Part shown: in pieces, positions 13,501 through 24,805 of the stretch
Numbering within the stretch: the first letter of the stretch is position 1
Layout: the number at the start of each line of letters is the position of its first letter
NCBI GenBank assembly: GCA_030141605.1
Contig: JAQGDQ010002368.1
Coordinates: forward strand, 620,001-684,000
Origin: Tubiluchus corallicola
Lineage: Eukaryota; Animalia; Priapulida
DNA length: 64,000 nucleotides
Direction: 5' to 3'
Notes under the pieces: model-generated
Databases searched by the model: none
The model's input: only the letters and a program-made list of their open reading frames with translations
What the model was told of the DNA's origin: nothing
Program-made: the position numbers and the translations under genes

Positions 13501-15441
13501 GATAAGACTGGCTATGTTGCCCATTTATAAAAAAGCGCCTCTAATGTTCCACTTTTCTGAAAGTGAGACTAGACTATATATGCTTTTCCTAGTTACCCTT
13601 TATATGTAAATCGCATTTAGAATTTATCCAAAATTTTACCACACTAGGCTTATTTGCGGTAAGTTTCATTTTAACGAAAATGTATAAAGCTGTAGCCCTT
13701 TAACTGCATGCAAGTCATTACACATGCAGAAAAACGTGTAACATGATAAAATGTTTAAGGACATCACAATAAGCACTGTAGATACACATTCGTGGAAATG
13801 TATAAGCATGTGGAAGTGTATAACATTTGTGTAATCCTTATGTATTACTAAGTATATTAAATTAAGTACACTATTAAAGGGAAACATTAATATTAAACAT
13901 ACTTTTGCATTTAATTTTAAATTCAACGAATTTAGCATAAAACCTTTCTTCTAAATTAAGTCTATTATACACGTACATCGACTAATGTTAAAAATATTCA
14001 CATATTACGTGTTACGTAATTCTATCTGCGTCAGCCTGATACACGTATAGATGTGTCTACTTAATCAGGTCTACTTACTTTGAAGATCTGTCACAGAAGA
14101 TTCCACGAAGCTTTTATACTGAGTTAGATCGCTTTGTATAGAATTATATCTCGGGAAAGTGAATCTTGTAGGATCATATCGATCGGTACCTATGCAGTTA
14201 ACATAATCAAAATGTAGCTTCAGTGAAACAATACTAAAAATTGATTGATGTTTTCAAGCTGAAAAACATAACAATATTTTATCAGTCTTCCTATGACTGC
14301 AGATAACCGCTGAAAAAGCAAAAAACTCGCAGTTACCCTGGTTTACAACTTTATATTACAAAAGATAGTAACCAGAATCCGGAAGAGCCAATGGCTAGTT
14401 CGATATTACTGTTACTGAAGTAGCGTTACTATGGCTTCACACTTGGTCTGTAATCTAAAAGGGAGGCTTGCTCTAAATAAATAATACGCTAATACTTCAT
14501 GATATCAACTATCGATTATTTAAATTCATGTAATTCATGTTGTCAACAAATGAAATCGTTTATCTGCTTCTTCATGGTAATCAACACTTAAGTATATCTG
14601 TTAATATTCAAGTATTTAAGCTTGTAAAGAAATTTATATTTCTAACTAAGCTCTAATAGTTACTGTACTAGTTTACATTGATTACATAGTAACATTAATG
14701 TCTTTCTCAACATTATTCTATGTATATATTTATGCTAGTAGTCATACTGTAATGCTTCTACTGTTTGTCTATTACCTGCACTCTACTAAGTGTCACATTT
14801 CATTGGTGAGAACATTTAGCAGTTGTTAAAAACTGTCTGTTCAAGCCATATTGCAATATTTCTTATTCAACAAAATATGTTTAAACTGTAAATGTAAAAA
14901 TTTACAGTGTGTAAATGTAAAAACTTTAAATGGCAGTAACCGCCGAAAGCCAATTATCGAAATTGAAAGTATTAGCAAATACAACCGGGCCTATTCTGTT
15001 CTACTATGTACTATACCATGTGTGGATGTAAAAATTTGCACACTGAATTTTGCTAAAGCATTTTCTGTTTATTTTATTTTCGTTTTCCAGTTTTCGTGTT
15101 TCACGTGAATGAATTTTACTGTAAATCATGTATCTCTGTGTCTCCTTCCCATTTGTTTGGTTGTTTAATTTATACCAATCGTTTATTTATTTTTGATTCA
15201 GGAAAAAACTAAATGACTTGATTTCGTCAATACTTACGTCGTGTATGAATCTTTACGGATGGATGTGCGCTTGATTCGGCAATAAAGGTCATTAAAATAA
15301 CTGCTGCAGTATTCAAAATTGTACAGCTGAACTACATAAAAATAGATGCGCAAAATTGTATATTAGCTAAATGACAGATTATAAACGTGCTGTCACGAAA
15401 AAAGAACAGTGGCATATTAGCTCACCTAAAACAGATTGCAT
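7535..15441 (-). CDS. Secreted pentraxin-domain protein PTX-A1 (9 exons, about 372 aa) with N- and C-terminal helical extensions
   Basis: Exons (minus) 15441-15426, 15303-15238, 14189-14079, 11628-11566, 11489-11362, 10928-10771, 9619-9513, 8982-8812, 7833-7535; phases match and sum to 1119 nt. Signal peptide MQSVLAVILMTFIAESSA. PTX motifs: VFP...DYIKL, TTCMWMKTD, LISYAT, DNEWHYVCIGWS (HxCxxW), GGCLIFGQDQD..F...QSFRG. The exon 4 donor is GC (GCATGA). PTX exons are secure; the first 4 exons are less certain. Confidence 0.85.
9895..10415. mobile_element. Intronic non-autonomous repeat rich in CGGTTCGG/CCGATAC motifs (MITE-like); copy at about 42042-42570
   Basis: Repeated gttcggtatcggtttt/gttcggatcggtttttt motifs and inverted aaaaccgatac vs gtatcggtttt. 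Confidence 0.5.
12074..13543. mobile_element. Long diverged inverted repeat (foldback/MITE-like) in PTX-A1 intron 3; copy at about 44294-45762
   Basis: tagaggc..gggcaacatagccagt (about 12074) vs actggctatgttgccc..gcctcta (about 13543); gactctaaatactgctagactaataactaata vs its reverse complement at about 13055; the gtgtaaa..gaatgctagaatgtcaaggt block vs 12937-12981. Confidence 0.75.
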
Positions 15442-15534
15442 AAAGAGGTAGTTGAATAAAAACATGTACAATAGTATACATCAATGGTAGACTGAAATTT
15501 TGTTCTAAAACTAAAACTAACCGAAAGAAAAAAA

Positions 15535-17005
15535 TCGTCAAGGTCCAGTTTCAGAAGCAATGCGCTATGCTCGAGCTCAATTCAAATATTCTCCCCGAGC
15601 ATGTAAGAGGCTATTGTTGCTGACCGGATAGCCTACAGATGTATGCACTGTAATTCATATCAATTTGGGCATCCATTAAAAAGGAGTCGAATTCTAAGCA
15701 ACTCTCCTCTCGTCCCGCATTGGGCAAACCACTGGCGAAAAGCAAATATGTGATATGTGGAAGAACCACTACCAGGCACTTCTTAATTCTGTTGACAATT
15801 ACGATCTACCAATTAGGCTAAAGGAATCTCTGACTACCACCCTAAACAATGCTCCTGCAATCACTGTAAGAGAGGTTCAGGATGCCATGTCTAGCCTGTC
15901 TCACCACAAAAGTCCAGGCCCTGATCGGCTCCAAGCGGAATATTATACATACGCAACTGGGCTTCTACCCATATTGCTAGCTTTAATTTATATATCTTGC
16001 ATTGCTCATAGTTTTCCAAATGCACTCATGCTCTAAGTACTTGTGGCTCTTGTTAAAAACAACAACAATGATATCACGGACGTAAACAATTTCAGGCCCA
16101 TAGCTCTATCACCCATCAGTAATAAAATTCTTGAATATGTGTTACTCTATCAATATAAACATTGTATTCATGCTACACCAAACCAGTTTGGCTTCGTAGA
16201 CAAGTTGGGAACCGAATTCTGTATCAAAGTTTTAAAGAAATCATTGATTACTATATTTCCAGGCAAAGCACTGTGCACATTATTTTTATTGATGCGTCAA
16301 AAGCGCATGACCGTGTTAATTATTTCAAATTATTTTTTGAACTGTTAACCACCGAAAGGCCCAAAGTTATTATTCGTCTTTTACTTTTTTATTATACAAA
16401 ACAAAGTGTGTTAATTAGGTGGGGACGATACCAATCTAGTATATTTAACATTGGTAACAGTGTTCGTCAGAGAGGTATTATGTCTCCTATGTTATTTAAC
16501 TTTTTGTTTAACTCTGTTATTTAACCGTCAGAGGGTTAGCTCTTCACAGTATGGTTGTCACATTGCTCATCTATTTACGAATCATCTGATGTATGCAGTT
16601 GATGTCTGCTTATTAGCCACAACCACAACTGCACCTCAAAAACTCATTGATATACACATTTATTATGCTAAACAGCATAACATTATTATTAATGTCGAGA
16701 AGACTAAATTGGTCTCGACAAAGTCACCTGTTCATCTGTTTTTAAAAAAGTGGCGAATGGCTCCTGAGAAGGAACTTTGATAAAGCCCTCAAAACAGGAG
16801 AAATGCTTAGGGCATATAGTTTCTGATAATAATGCAAATGATCTTGACATTATTAAACAAAGAACAATTTATTATTCTAGGGCCAACCAATTAATTAGAC
16901 GTTTTGGCAATTGCTCACTTGCTGTCAAGAAGTATCTTTTTAATTCTACTGCTTCATGGCGCCATTACAATTTATACAGTCAGAGGAAATTAAAAGTGCC
17001 TACGT
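15535..17005 (+). mobile_element. Decayed non-LTR retrotransposon (LINE) reverse transcriptase, probably RTE-X-like
   Basis: Frameshifted ORFs 15755-17025 carry KSPGPD, NFRPIALSPISNKILE, NQFGF, FIDASKAHDRV, SVRQRGIMSP, NHLMYAVDV (YADD decayed) and KCLGHIVSD; clade assignment is tentative. Confidence 0.9.
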
Positions 17006-18229
17006 TAAATTTGTTTCACTTGTGAAATCAGTTAATTAAACCTAATCAGAAAGACGGTCAGAAGAATATCGCAAACGCAGATCCAGGGCTTCAGCGTTTT
17101 TTTCTGTGCAAACCAGCATCCTACACACAAAGGCAGAGCTTTTCAAATCTCGGTGATTTATCAAACCAATTTACTTGATGCACACGCATACACAGCAGTT
17201 CTCACAGTTTTGAAACACAAACTTTGAGAACGTAAGCTCTACTTGTAGTGGCTTCAAGGACGTCTGCCGCACTTGCGCTTTTAGCTAGCTAGTATAGTAG
17301 AATTAGTATTCCAACTTTGTTTTTTAAACACTTTTAACTGCAGTTTGTTTTCAGCAAACTAAAAGCAAATTACACATCAATAATGTTTGCGTTGTTCCAA
17401 TATATTTGAACTGGAGGAATAATTCTTTCGACCTACCTTTAAACTGGTTTTAAACTCAAAAAATACAAACACCATTATTGATTTATTGCTTGGTATTTAT
17501 TTTGCTGACAGAACTCTAGAATAGCCTCTATATCAGACTCACAGGTCAACACTGATAGTGTATTAGGGTACAAACTTCGTTCTAGGCATTGGCTAATATG
17601 CAGGAAAATAAATGCAAATCGGTTGATAAGAATCTTTGAAAATTACTGAAAAGAAAGATTACAATTGATAATTGTAAGATATTCCCTGTTGGTGCTAACA
17701 GTAGAGCCTTTTGCAGGTTAGTAGGTATACGTCCCTTTTTAAGATTTAGGTTGGCTATTATTTATTTGTTATTGTATTCAAGACCGTGAAAACAAAAAAT
17801 ACGGAACTAAGTGAGTATTATCCAATGTTCACTTCCTTATTAAATTTACGCAGATGAAGTATAGAGTAAGCGGTATATAATAAGGCATCTCAAACATAGA
17901 AACAGGGTATAGGTATATCTCTTACAGAACACCCCTTTCCCACACACAGGGTCTGTGTTTTTATTGTAAAACTCTGCAGCACAGAGCTACTTTTAATGCA
18001 TTTTTGCTGCTAAACAGAATGATCTATCGATGTCTTAAAGCAGTACATGTACTGTATTTGCTTACAATCTGGTCGTAATTAGAATGGCCTAAATTGTTCT
18101 GACTGAAATTCGATAAAGTCTTAAAATTTTATGACAAGCTGTGAGAAATTTCCTCAACTTAACATTTCTCTATCTAATGAATAGGTCGGTGAGGTCAATT
18201 GTTGAAACACAGCAAGTCGACAGTGTGGC

Positions 18230-19211
18230 TGTAAACAGGTATAAGAAAAAGTGGCGCAGATAAAAATGGCACATGAAAAAATGCCATAAATGGAAAAATA
18301 GAAAAATGTGTCATATGTTATTTTGATGCATTTGATTTCTGTAATAAAACCAGAAGGCGCTTTCAGTAGGAATCTTTACGCCAAAGCCTGTTCTATGCCA
18401 AAACCGAATAACCCTAAACTTGTTCTCTAATTTTTTTTTGATTAAAAAACTTAAAACAAAGATGAACAAGCAAACATACAAAAATGTATCTGTATTGGTA
18501 TTATATAGACTAGCAAAAATTTGGCGAAGTTAATAGATTGACATACATACGTACTTAGATGGCAAGTCAGCTTATAAGACTATACACATCGAAAAATCTA
18601 GACCTAGATCTAGATTTAAATCTAGCAAGTGAGAATGTCTCTCGGAACTTGGAACTAACTAAATCTAGCTGAGACCTACACGAAGTGCTTCACGAATGTT
18701 TTTTGTAACTGGTGTTAGGATCGAGTTTTGCGAAAACAATCTAGATCTAGATTTAGCAAGCGAGTATTTCTCTAAATAGAACCTAGACCTAACTGATATT
18801 TGTGTGTCCTAGCGGAGATAATAAAAAAGAAGTATTAAACACTCCATCTGAGACCTCCACGAAGTGCTTCACAAATGCTTTTTGTAGATGGTGTTACGAT
18901 CGACTTTTGCCAAAAAAGTGCCCATTTTGGCATCCTATACAAAGTTTCGTGTAAATTTCTTTACTTAGTTTTTGCGTAATACTATGTTTAGTGTTTAGGC
19001 TTACTATGACCGACAAAAAACTACCAAACAACCCCCACGGTGTTGAAGCATAACTTCCTTGGCAGAGGTAAAAATAAGTAAAATAATAATCCTTTTCAGT
19101 AACCCTAACCCTAAACTCATATTTTACTAAAAGTGTCATTTTCTTTGTGCCATATATTTACCATGCTGTTTTTACTGTGCTATTTTTCATAGGACATTTT
19201 TACCTACATTC
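18230..19211 (+). mobile_element. Composite non-autonomous element: AAAATGGCAC-type inverted-repeat arms with an internal Helentron-associated (HINE/DINE-like) module at about 18349-19071
   Basis: Arms aaaaatggcac.../...gtgccat..ttttacctacattc. Inner module ccagaaggcgctttcagtag..cgccaaag ... ataacttccttggcagaggtaa (subterminal inverted repeat) with internal repeats. Related copies at 31300 and 62730. Confidence 0.6.
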
Positions 19212-19531
19212 AGTTGGCATAATTAACCTGTAACTACATTTTTTGTTGCCTGTCGTTGGACGAAAGCCTCTAATGTGAAAAGAATTGGTTGTCTTTTAAT
19301 ATTTTTGAAATTCACCACATTAAGCACTTTTCCCTTCATTTCTTAAAATCTTCAGAGACTGTTATGAATCCTTGCTGACGCTTCGCGTATACAGTGGCCC
19401 AACGTGGCGTTTTTATCCTACTATTGTTACTGTTTACAATTTAAATGTATTTTAACTGGTATTCTGGAGCAGTTTGATAAGACGCAATATGAAGTATGAA
19501 GCTCGACATCTTCTAGTGTTGCGACCTGTTG

Positions 19532-22500
19532 AAACATCATAGCTCGCTTGTTATCTCTAAATTCTACACATTTTCTGAAGATGCTAAATGACTGTGTAGT
19601 TATAACACCTTTATTTGTACTAGAATTTAAAATACATGGTACACGAGCAAAAATGAAAATGCAAAAGTCAGACTCTGTAAATTTTTATTTACTGAAATTC
19701 ATACGACCTCTATCCTTCCAGAACTTTGGATAAAAATGTACAAGTGTTTTTTAAATGAGTACCTAACAGCCATAAAAAAATCAATTGACAATGTTACTAT
19801 AGGCATCTCCATTTTAATTATAATGTCTAGACCTAGGTCTAGACGTACTAAGGCCCCTCCCAATTTGTCTAAGTTCGTCAGAAATTCTGTAAATTAGCGA
19901 AGCTGTTTTCTTGGCAATGCCAGTGATGAAGTCAAAGAGTATTTCTAACTCCTTTTCTCTCAGAGCGCATACTCTTTCCATTTCAATTGGTCCAGGGCAC
20001 GTAGATTGACCTTTCATCAAACCACCAATAAGCTGCATAACTGGGTCTTCCCAATTAAAGATGTATGAGTCATCATTATTTAAACAGGACTCCGTCATCG
20101 AATCTGAAAAAATGTTTTAATCTTATTAAACTGCTATTATGTTCAATTCTAAATCAATTTCGTGACACATGACAGATGCGAATATACTGGAGCAGTTCAA
20201 GCGCGAAGAAATGAATACTTATTTAGTAAGAACTGTGATTACAATATTATATAGTTTAGAAGTTTATGGAACGTTCGTCTTTAGCTGGTCAGAAATTCAC
20301 TTGAGGATGATTTCATTAAGTTGAAAATAGAACTTGCATCACTGAAACTCAACAAATAAAGGCTTAAGGTGCAGTCATAACCGCCCAGATGCAATTTTCT
20401 TAACGATACTCATCCGTTTGGTAAACTGGTTCAGTAGTGCTGAACTTTCGTAACTAAGCACACCGGTACCCATGTCTAAATTATATACATTATCGTGACG
20501 CAATTACAATGATAATAACTTATTAAACTTTCAAGCAATTTAAGCGGTGTTACTTAGTTACTACTTTAATCAGTATGATAATTTCACAAAAAACATTTAG
20601 GCCTATTATCTTTATTCGTACGTAGCACTCTAAGTTGGAAAAAATTGAATCCAGATCTGATGCCGTAATATTTCTTCAGACATTTCTTAATCCATCAGGT
20701 ACTTTATCAAACATAAAAACATTTTCAAATGGCCCCTTTAACCCTGACCTATTCATTTGTTTGTGACTTTGCCACGAGCATATTACTTTGTTTTAGGGAC
20801 CTTTGTGAAGGGTAATGACAGGGAGAAAATCCAGTGCCGGATTAACCATTAGGCAAACATAGCACACGCCTTAAGGCCAGCCAAAAATCCAGGCCACAAA
20901 AAAATATGGAAAACATTCATAAGTTTTCAGGTGATGATAAAAAATGCTTTCCTTTATTTTTACACGTAAATAAATGTTTTGTATTTTTTACTGTGACCTT
21001 TGCAATAACGAATGAATGAGACACCATTGAGACAGGAACGTTTGTCGAAAATTTTAACTTAACATGGTTGATGAATAACACCGTATTTTTTGTTAACCAT
21101 GTGATAATTCTGTTTGCTTTTTTGAGGTAAAAGCTCTGCTATTTTGTTTTTCTTTAAGAAATTAATCTATCGTGTGTTTCTTTTAGAGGAATACCTGCTA
21201 CAGTTTACATTTCGCGTCTTCTTGTGTAAAGCATCTCTGGTCCTAATACATCTCATGATGATAGGGGCCACTGTAGTTGTCCAAGATATTTTCTCTGCAC
21301 CTGGTCCTTTTAATCTTGCTGCTTAAGTTTTGAGGGTGGAGTATAAGCTGTATGTGGAAGATTTTGCAGACTGGTTGAGCTTTCAAGCTATTCCGCTGAC
21401 TACTGATCTCAAAAACTCCTGGCTTCTGAATTGGATGGAGTTAGATGTTACAAGGATTCTGCGAGGTTTAAAACTTGTTATTCAAGATTCTGCAGGCAGT
21501 CAACTAGATAGCTATGAATGTGCGAAAGCGCCACTTTGCAACAGTATTTTGCTGCCCCTGCTAACTCAGTGTATGAATGTTATGCCTTTCGAGCAGGATC
21601 CTAATGAATGCATTGACAATCATTAGGCTAAAATCTGAAAATCTTGGCTAAAAATTATAATTTTACTGACAGCTCCTATGAAACCAATGACAACCAAATG
21701 GTGCATGACCAAATGATAATAGGGTTAAAGGTCGTTCACATCAGGAGAAAATTACTGTCTGAAAAGAAACTCACTTTTTCCATTGTCATCGATATTGACG
21801 AGCCAGTGAGTCTTCTGCTAGGCTGCTGAAATGAGTGAAGCTCAGCAACAATCTGAAGAATTTCCTTTTTTGTTGGCCATGAAACTGTAGCAATACACTT
21901 AAGAAATCCAAGTATTGGTCCTGACAGGAAATGAGGTATATCGTAAAACATTGAAAAAGTCCAAGAAAGCCAAGGGCGAACTAAGCATATGGGCACATGT
22001 ACCAATAGTAATTACTATAAAAAATATTGGTTGTTCTAAATTTTTGCGCAATAAATTTTCATTTTCTAAGTTTAACTTATTTTCCTTTCGTCGGTGAGCG
22101 CAAAATATCTGTATTTTCAGGTCACTTATCAAAATGGGCATTAGGGCCAGCAGAGCCTTAATCTGGCACTGAGAAAATCCCCAAGCAGCGATGAAAGCCA
22201 AGCTGCCCATTGACCACTAAGCCCCCGACTAACTAGAAACAGCAGTCAGAATAAAAAATTAAGTACATTGTAAAAGAACTGTCAGTCAGTGTTGTCTGCT
22301 TAATAAATCTCATTACTTATAGCCTATTGCTACAATGATACCCGTCACCATTCCTCGAAAACTTTGACTTGCTGTGAAACCAGTGCCCCCATCAGTCTGA
22401 TCCTGTCCAAATATTAAGTATCCACCCGATTGTATTGGCCCAGGATTAGAACCGTAATTACCAGCTTGAAATTAAACAAAAGTAAATTTAACATCAAACG

Positions 22501-22594
22501 CGTCTTTCATTAAGTTATTACAAAAAATGACGTGAAATTAAGAGGTTTTGAAAGCGAAGATCGCGTTGTTTTATGTTGCTCTAAGGCGAGTATC
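19532..22594 (+). repeat. Source of the inverted duplication at 49132-52404
   Basis: Reverse complement of 49132-52404 matches throughout (ORF pairs 19814/51622, 21330/49903, 21899/49515). Confidence 0.95.
21260..21830 (+). mobile_element. LTR-retrotransposon gag relic (Gypsy-type) in PTX-B intron
   Basis: APGPFNL..EYKLYVEDF, FEQDPNECID, LAKNYNF, VHDQMIIGL..HIRRKLLSEKKLTF resemble the Gypsy capsid motif (Q..GE.ID...L..LA..C.F...RDQ.I.G.....RRKLL....LT); interrupted by stops. Confidence 0.7.
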
Positions 22595-24450
22595 AGCCTG
22601 TATTTGTCACATGCTAAATTTTTCATCGATTCTAGTTAATTCACCAAGTAGCATACCATTAACTGTATTACGTTAACAGCTATAGATTCAAGGATACATA
22701 ATTGATTTGTAAAGGATTTTAAGGAAGATTCATTGCATTATGTGGTGTTTCTACCAAAAGGTTGTACTAATATTGCACTTTTGTGTGATCTTGTATATTT
22801 TATTATGCTATTCTCTACAGTTAATGTCATTTAATTGGAGGGGGGGCAAATATAATTTTATTCAGTTTTTAACTGCAAGTTTGCATGCAAATAATCCTTT
22901 CTATCTATCTGTCTACCCTTATGAGGCGGTAAATTAATGTGCATTGTCATGCGAAATGATAATTCGTCCAAATCAGCAATTCCGCAAATTCGGCATATAG
23001 CTCAAGATTAATCATTAAATCTTGTCCTGGTCATATTGCAGTTTTTGTTATTGCAATATATATATCACTATAACGAAATATACATTCAGTAATACATATA
23101 CGTATATTACTTATTATGACTATACTAATTAAGAAAATATACTTTGGTTTGGAGAAAAATTAGTTTTTAGTTACCACATAAAAGTAATATTAAATGTATA
23201 TAGAAATACTATTATTGTATTACAGGAAACTTGAGAAACTAGTAAGATATCTTACTTTAGGACAACCCCATCTACAGACACAAAGTATGTGTTCGTTGTT
23301 GTATCGTAACCAGCACATACCGAATGCCATTGATTATTTCTGAGGTTTGTAGTGGCTGCAAGTGTGTTCGGCGTCCTTAAAACAGAAGTATTATATTCTT
23401 TTACATTTTACTTTCAATTGCACAAATGCGATATTCTCAAAAAACGTTTCTACGCGGAACCTCAAACTTTTTTTTGACTATCTGGGTATAATTTTTACTT
23501 TCTAATGTCGCTCCTTTGGTAAAACCACGTCAAAATAAAAAGGAATAGTTTTTATTTGTATGTATATTTATATGTATATCTGCTACTGTCTTTAAAATTA
23601 ACTTTCAAAGAAGCATTGCTGAAAGAAAAGAAATCACAAGGAGGACAGCTGCGGACTTACATTAATTTCATCCAAAAATATCTCACCAATACATCAGTAG
23701 CTATCAAAAATGCACGGAGAGTGGAGCTACGTGGGAGTTTGCGGGTGACAGAGCAGCATGGTCTGAAGTGATTGCAAGAGTCAAGTTAGAGGACGTGCGA
23801 CTCCAGCACTTTTCACTTTCGTTCACATTTGGTTTCATATACTTTTCTTTTTGCTAGTTTTACCTGTCGTGAGGGCAGATTTCTTTTAATTTAGAGTGTC
23901 TACAATAGACGTAATGGGCATATGATGATGGTGAGTTACTAAAAACTGTTATCTTACTGACTATGAAAAAAGCTTTGCTCCTTTTGCTTGGACTTGTAGA
24001 TAAAAATGATGTAAAAGGTGTCGTTTAGTACTCTTTCAAGTTTCAAGAATTATTTTAGCAGAATTGTGTGTGCGTAAAGTATTTTAACGTGATTGTAGAT
24101 GACTATAAATGACCACAAATTACAGATTAATTGTGTTTAACATTTTTAACATGTTTTTTCACCAGATTTTCCGAAAGTTGAACAAACGTTTTGGTTACCT
24201 CGAATTTTCTGCACCTAAAACCAAAGACAATTTATTTCAAATAACATAAGTTATCACCTAGCGTATATGGGGTGTTGGCCACATTTAAATTTCTTCAGTG
24301 ATATAGCCTGTATTATTACTAGTGTTTATGTACACACTTAGCAGACACATCGATGTATTTGTCTGCTTTACAGGAATGCGAAGAAATGGTTTTTGTCGCT
24401 CACTTCATTGTAATCGGCCGTATTACTTGTGCACTCTGTGCAGTCTAAAT

Positions 24451-24805
24451 CAGGGCAACGTTAGCCAGTTGCATGTAATATCGGCCGCCATATAGGGTAA
24501 TGTTAGCCAGTTGCATGTAATATCGGCCACCACATAGGGTAATGTTAGCCAGTTGCATGTAATATCGGCCACCATATAGGGTAATGTTAGCCAGTGGCAT
24601 ATAATATCGGCCACCATATAGGGTAATGTTAGCCAGTGGCATGTAATATCGGCCACCACATAGGGTAATGTTAGCCAGTTGCATGTAATATCGGCCACCA
24701 TATAGGGTAATGTTAGCCAGTGGCATATAATATCGGCCGCCATATAGGGTAATGTTAGCCAGTGGCATGTAATATCGGCCACCACATAGGGTAATGTTGG
24801 CCAGC
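24451..24805. repeat. 42-bp minisatellite, about 8.5 copies, in PTX-B intron
   Basis: Unit tatagggtaatgttagccagttgcatgtaatatcggccacca (24491, 24533...); gives 14-aa periodic ORFs. Confidence 0.95.

Larger units (their letters stand above)
6141..16026 (+). repeat. Segmental duplication block 1 (about 9.9 kb), direct copy at 38388-48055
   Basis: Starts cggtaaagtgcagagaaccacagaat (6141 vs 38388) and ends ttttccaaatgcact (16026 vs 48055); colinear high identity in exons and introns. Confidence 0.95.

Noticed and set aside
14111-14119. TATAAAAG on the minus strand as the PTX-A promoter
   Set aside because: It lies within an open 111-nt exon (14189-14079) homologous to PTX-B exon 30989-30915, and signal-peptide exons lie further upstream.
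21899-22210. ORF conserved with 49515-49946
   Set aside because: Conservation is explained by the recent inverted duplication; frames diverge by indel and there is no known motif.
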